From a bacterium (lineage in GTDB: Bacteria; Zhuqueibacterota; Zhuqueibacteria; Oceanimicrobiales; Oceanimicrobiaceae): a DNA stretch of 28,438 nt. The notes beneath the pieces are model-generated. The model saw only the letters and a list, made by a program, of their open reading frames with translations, was not told the DNA's origin and made no database searches. Location: the NCBI GenBank assembly GCA_037446635.1, contig JBBIIG010000053.1, positions 1 to 28,438 of the forward strand, given 5' to 3'. Shown here one piece after another: positions 24,669-28,438 of this stretch (positions are counted from its first letter, which is position 1; each line of letters opens with the position of its first letter). Both the position numbers and the translations under genes were made by a program.

Positions 24669-25769
24669 TCAGCTCTCGAGTGTGGTTTTAAATTTTTTAG
24701 CGCTGGCGATGATCAAAATCGCGCTGATGCCAGCGAGAATCATTATCTGCGGCAGCAGCTGCGGCAGGGTATTGCCCTTCAGCATGATGCCGCGAATGAT
24801 CACCAAGAAATAGGTCGCGGGCACGATGTATGTGATCATCTGCAGGATTTTGGGCAAGCTGCTAATTGGAAAGATGAACCCGGAAAGCATGACCGTGGGC
24901 AGCAGCGTCATTATCAGAGCCGCCATCATCGCTACCTGCTGCGTTGCTGCGCGCGTGGAGATAATGAGGCCAAGGCTGAGCGCGGTGAAAATGAACACCA
25001 GCGACGCTGCCAACAAAAATCCAATCGCGCCGACAAAAGGAACATCGAACACAAAACGGGCGATGATGAGAATGATCAACAAATCAATAAACGCCAGCAA
25101 AATGTACGGAATCACCTTGCCCATGATGATTTCGATGGGACGGACTGGCGACACCAGTATTTGCTCCATAGTGCCGGTCTCTTTTTCGCGCACGATGGCA
25201 ATGCTGGTGAGCAGCGCCGAGATCATCATCAGAATAAGCGCTGCCAGGCCGGGCACAAAAAAGTAGGCGCTCTTTAACGCCGGATTGTACCAGATGGCGG
25301 TCTCGATTTCGAATACACCGCGGCTTCCCAACCCGGCGTTGAAAGTTTGAAATACCGCATTAGCATAATTGCGAATCGCCTGCGCCGCGTTGGGATCGCT
25401 GGCATCGACGAGCACCTGCACATCGCTGCGCAATTGTCGTCCCAAATTTTTAGAAAAGCCCGCGGGGATCATGAGGATCATCCGCGCAGCGCGCTCATTA
25501 AAAAAAGCCTCCACTTGCGATTCGGGGCCGTTGTAATGATAGACTGTAAAAAATTTGCTGCCCTCGAATTTGCGGACGAGCGCGGCGCTTTCCGGAGATT
25601 GGTCGCGATCCAGAACCACCAGATCGATATTTTGAATTTCCATGTTGATGGCGTAGCCGTAGAGAAACAGCATCACCACCGGCATGATGATGACGATCAC
25701 CAGCGTGCGGAAATCGCGGCGGATGTGAATGAATTCTTTTCGGATGATTGGTGTAATGCGCAAGCTCAT
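24669..25769 (-). CDS. ybhS: ABC-2 type exporter permease, YbhS-like
   Basis: KEFIHIRRD, LYGYAI, DASDPN, WYNP, VREKETGTMEQILVSP, LSGFIFPI, PATYF. Confidence 0.88.
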   Translation of the reverse strand: MSLRITPIIRKEFIHIRRDFRTLVIVIIMPVVMLFLYGYAINMEIQNIDLVVLDRDQSPESAALVRKFEGSKFFTVYHYNGPESQVEAFFNERAARMILMIPAGFSKNLGRQLRSDVQVLVDASDPNAAQAIRNYANAVFQTFNAGLGSRGVFEIETAIWYNPALKSAYFFVPGLAALILMMISALLTSIAIVREKETGTMEQILVSPVRPIEIIMGKVIPYILLAFIDLLIILIIARFVFDVPFVGAIGFLLAASLVFIFTALSLGLIISTRAATQQVAMMAALIMTLLPTVMLSGFIFPISSLPKILQMITYIVPATYFLVIIRGIMLKGNTLPQLLPQIMILAGISAILIIASAKKFKTTLES

Positions 25770-25774
25770 AAAAA

Positions 25775-26000
25775 ATTCCGGAGTAAAACGCGGAAGCGTT
25801 TCACTAACGTGTCCTTCGATTACGAATTTTAGAAGTCATCAAAATTGTCTATAAGACCATCAGGTTGTTTTCTATTCAGCTCATCTCGTTCTCTTTCTGA
25901 CAACCCAGCTCGCGAGAAACTTGACCATTGATATTCTTGAAGATCAGACACCCCACCGTGTCGAACCGCATTCCAAAGAATTAAGCGTTTCACTCCGAAT
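25775..26000 (-). mobile_element. Remnant of a REP-associated tyrosine transposase (RAYT) bounded by inverted REP sequences
   Basis: Minus frame 25993-25829 reads VKRLILWNAVRHGGVSDLQEYQWSSF...DDF*, resembling the RAYT C-terminus (Y)IxxNPVxxG...Y.WSS. Flanked by CGGAGTAAAACGC-GGAA-GCGTTTCACT (25779-25805) and AAGCGTTTCACTCCG (25983-25997). Confidence 0.7.
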
Positions 26001-26001
26001 G

Positions 26002-26736
26002 TTATCGATCCACCAAATGAATAAACACATCCTGCATTGACGGTTGCTTAAATTCTCGTTTGAGCGCTTGCGGCGTATCGAGCGCAATGATCTCGCCTTG
26101 ATACATGATCGAAACCCGATTGCAATATTCCGCTTCGTCCATGTAATGCGTGGTGACGAAGACGGTTTTGCCGGCGTCGGCGAGGCGGTAGATTAAATCC
26201 CAAAAATTGCGCCGCGCTTCTGGATCGACGCCGCCGGTGGGTTCATCTAAAAAAATGATTTGGGGATCGTGCAGCAGGGCGCAGCCTAACGCCAGCCGCT
26301 GTTTGTACCCCAGTGGCATATCGCGGGTGAGCCGGTTGGCCTGATCGATGAGTCCCAATTCTTCGAGCAGTTGTTGTCGTTTGGCGTGCAATTGCTCCCG
26401 CGTCAAACCATACACGCCGCCGTAGAATTCGATGTTTTCCGCCAGCGTCAAATCGTTGTAGAGGGAAAATTTCTGGCTCATGTAACCGATGCGCTGCTTG
26501 ATCTTTTCGTTCTCGCGCCAGATATCAAATCCCGCCACGGTGCCTTTGCCAGCCGATGGCAGCAGCAGTCCGCACAACATGCGAATGGCGGTGGTTTTGC
26601 CGGCGCCGTTGGCGCCCAAGAACCCGAAAATTTCGCCGGCCTTCACGGCGAGGTCAAGATTCTTGACGGCATAAAAATCTCCGAAGCGCTTTTCGAGCTT
26701 CTCAGTTTGAACGGCATAATTATTCGCAGCTCCCAT
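26002..26736 (-). CDS. ABC ATP-binding protein, equivalent to the C-terminal NBD of YbhF
   Basis: Walker A GANGAGKTT, degenerate signature MPLGYKQR, LDEPTGGVDP, TTHYMDEAE. ATG 26736 preferred. Confidence 0.92.
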   Translation of the reverse strand: MGAANNYAVQTEKLEKRFGDFYAVKNLDLAVKAGEIFGFLGANGAGKTTAIRMLCGLLLPSAGKGTVAGFDIWRENEKIKQRIGYMSQKFSLYNDLTLAENIEFYGGVYGLTREQLHAKRQQLLEELGLIDQANRLTRDMPLGYKQRLALGCALLHDPQIIFLDEPTGGVDPEARRNFWDLIYRLADAGKTVFVTTHYMDEAEYCNRVSIMYQGEIIALDTPQALKREFKQPSMQDVFIHLVDR

Positions 26737-26754
26737 AGGTCGAATCAAGAATTA

Positions 26755-26789
26755 AAATCCGAAAATCGAAATCCGAAACAAATTCAAAT
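26755..26789. repeat. Short heptamer tandem array
   Basis: AAATCCG AAAATCG AAATCCG then AAACAAATTCAAAT. Confidence 0.55.
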
Positions 26790-26848
26790 AAAGAAACTCA
26801 AAACTTCTCAAAACAGAATGACCCACTCTACCAAAAAAAACAACGACT

Positions 26849-26922
26849 CGCACGCAAGCCTCGAAGGTTGCGCAGAGAAATCAAAAGAAAAACCTTTGCG
26901 TCTTCGCGTGTTTGCGTGTGCG
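26849..26922. repeat. Degenerate CGCAA(A)G/CTTTGCG palindromic repeat
   Basis: CACGCAAG...CGCAGAG pairs with CTTTGCG...TTTGCGTG; followed by a T run. Confidence 0.55.
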
Positions 26923-26929
26923 GTTTTTT

Positions 26930-27856
26930 TCAAAACGATTCTTGTTTTTTCATCAACGCCAAAAACGTGTCTTCGATGCTGGGTTGAATCTTTTGCATAC
27001 TTTGAATTTCAACCGGCGCTTTTTCCCTTAAGTCCGAGATGGTTGCTGCGGACAACTTCTGCTCAAAACTCACGTGCAAACGATCTCCGAAAATTTGCAC
27101 AGAGCGGGTATCCACTTGTTTCTCAAAATATGCCACCAACCCGCGTGTTTCAGCGGCAATGACTTCATATAAATGAAAAGGAAAATGCTGGTGAAGATTT
27201 TTGGGATCGTCGAGCGCTAACATTTGTCCTTTGTGCATGAACGCCACGCGGTCGCACAACTCGGCTTCGTCCATGTAGGGTGTGGACACCAAAATGGTTA
27301 CGCCCTCGTTGCGTAATTGGCGCAGGATTTCCCAAAACTCCCGCCGCGACACCGGATCGACGCCGGTGGTGGGTTCATCTAAAATCAAAATGCGCGGGGT
27401 GTGAATGAGGGTGCAGGAGAGCGCCAGCTTTTGTTTCATCCCGCCGGAGAGCGCGCTGGCGAGGCGCTTCTTGAACGGCTCGAGTTTGCTGAATTGGTAA
27501 AGCCGCGCCAGCCGATCCTCTTTTTCATTCTTGGAGACGCCGAACAAATCGGCGAAGAAATTCAAATTCTGCTCAACGCTCAAATCGGGATAAAGTGAAA
27601 AGCGCTGCGGCATGTAACCGAGAATCGAGCGGATGTACGAAACCTGAGTACGTACGTCGCGGCCATCCACGAGCATCTCGCCGTGATCGCAATTCAACAG
27701 CGTGCAGAGGGTGCGCATGGTGGTGGTCTTGCCAGCGCCATCCGGGCCAATGAGTCCAAACAGCTCGCCGGATTCGATCTTCAGCGAAAGATTTTCCACC
27801 GCGCGGACGTCGCCGTAGCTTTTACTGAAATTGTTGATTTCGATGGCGCCGGGCAT
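26930..27856 (-). CDS. ABC ATP-binding protein, equivalent to the N-terminal NBD of YbhF
   Basis: Walker A GPDGAGKTT, GYMPQRF, LSGGMKQK, LDEPTTGVDP, STPYMDEAE. Confidence 0.92.
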   Translation of the reverse strand: MPGAIEINNFSKSYGDVRAVENLSLKIESGELFGLIGPDGAGKTTTMRTLCTLLNCDHGEMLVDGRDVRTQVSYIRSILGYMPQRFSLYPDLSVEQNLNFFADLFGVSKNEKEDRLARLYQFSKLEPFKKRLASALSGGMKQKLALSCTLIHTPRILILDEPTTGVDPVSRREFWEILRQLRNEGVTILVSTPYMDEAELCDRVAFMHKGQMLALDDPKNLHQHFPFHLYEVIAAETRGLVAYFEKQVDTRSVQIFGDRLHVSFEQKLSAATISDLREKAPVEIQSMQKIQPSIEDTFLALMKKQESF

Positions 27857-27933
27857 TTCAACTAATGAAATTTAACACCGAAAGACACCGACTCTGACTG
27901 AAATTCATAGTGCCAGCTTCAAGTCGAATTGTG

Positions 27934-28438
27934 TTACAATTCACTTAGCAAGCTCTTCCAGCGCTCCCACGCTTCCGTTCGCGCTTTTTTGTTGGCCTCC
28001 GAGGCGTCGGGTTGTTCACCGGAGCGCATGAAGCCGTGGCCGGCGCCTTCGTAAATCACGGGCTGATACGTCTTACCGGCGGCTGTCATCCATTCTGTAA
28101 TTTTGGGAATGGTGGCATTCACGCGCGCGTCGTTGCCGCCGTAAAACCCATAAACCGGACAATTGATTTTTGAAACGGCAGCGCTGTCGGGCCCGCTGCC
28201 GTAAAACACAAACGCCGCCGCCAAATCCGCGCGGTTGGTAGCAAATCGAAACGTCTGCGCTCCGCCCCAGCAAAATCCCGCGGCCGCAACCTTGCCGTTG
28301 GCTGCCGGCAATTTGCCAGCGTAATCGAAGACGGCGTGGAGGTCGGCGGTGACTTGCTCCGCTGGCAGCTTGTAAATGGCTTCACGAGCGGCGTCGCGGC
28401 TGGGGAAGTCGGAAGTGCGGCCGTTGTTGGGCGCCATG
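27934..28438 (-). CDS. Dienelactone hydrolase family protein, 5' end outside the window
   Basis: GFCWGG nucleophile, FYGGNDARV, YEGAGHGF. Confidence 0.9.
   Translation of the reverse strand, partial: MAPNNGRTSDFPSRDAAREAIYKLPAEQVTADLHAVFDYAGKLPAANGKVAAAGFCWGGAQTFRFATNRADLAAAFVFYGSGPDSAAVSKINCPVYGFYGGNDARVNATIPKITEWMTAAGKTYQPVIYEGAGHGFMRSGEQPDASEANKKARTEAWERWKSLLSEL

Noticed and set aside
26371..27162. 263-aa plus-strand ORF
   Set aside because: Antisense to two ABC ATPases and reads through intergenic repeats.

Overview
Bacterial chromosomal window, mostly GC-rich coding DNA with AT-rich spacers. FlgD/T9SS-type C-terminal domains, PorV-like barrels, Gln-starting mature proteins and D-(S/T)-hydrophobic sequons suggest an FCB-group organism such as KSB1/Calditrichota-like (inference). 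Left to right: a decayed MNT antitoxin and a 28-aa membrane peptide; SAM methyltransferase; oligoendopeptidase F and an OPT transporter; an epoxide hydrolase bracketed by two 49-bp palindromic repeats; BrxA/B bacilliredoxin; a truncated orphan Phd antitoxin; a receptor-like signal peptide-TPR-TM-Ser/Thr kinase overlapping a Zn-ribbon-FHA-GAF-PP2C phosphatase; a secreted S8 protease; patatin; a three-gene operon with a 1652-aa repeat protein between two different PorV/FadL-like outer-membrane proteins; a DUF4136 lipoprotein; a YbhFSR-like ABC exporter interrupted by a REP-flanked RAYT transposase remnant; and a partial dienelactone hydrolase. Most intergenic gaps hold a REP-like palindrome, from several families. 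The best candidates for undescribed biology are the barrel-cargo-barrel operon and the receptor kinase/FHA-phosphatase pair. No rRNA, tRNA or CRISPR array was seen. All family calls come from motif recognition by eye, not database searches.
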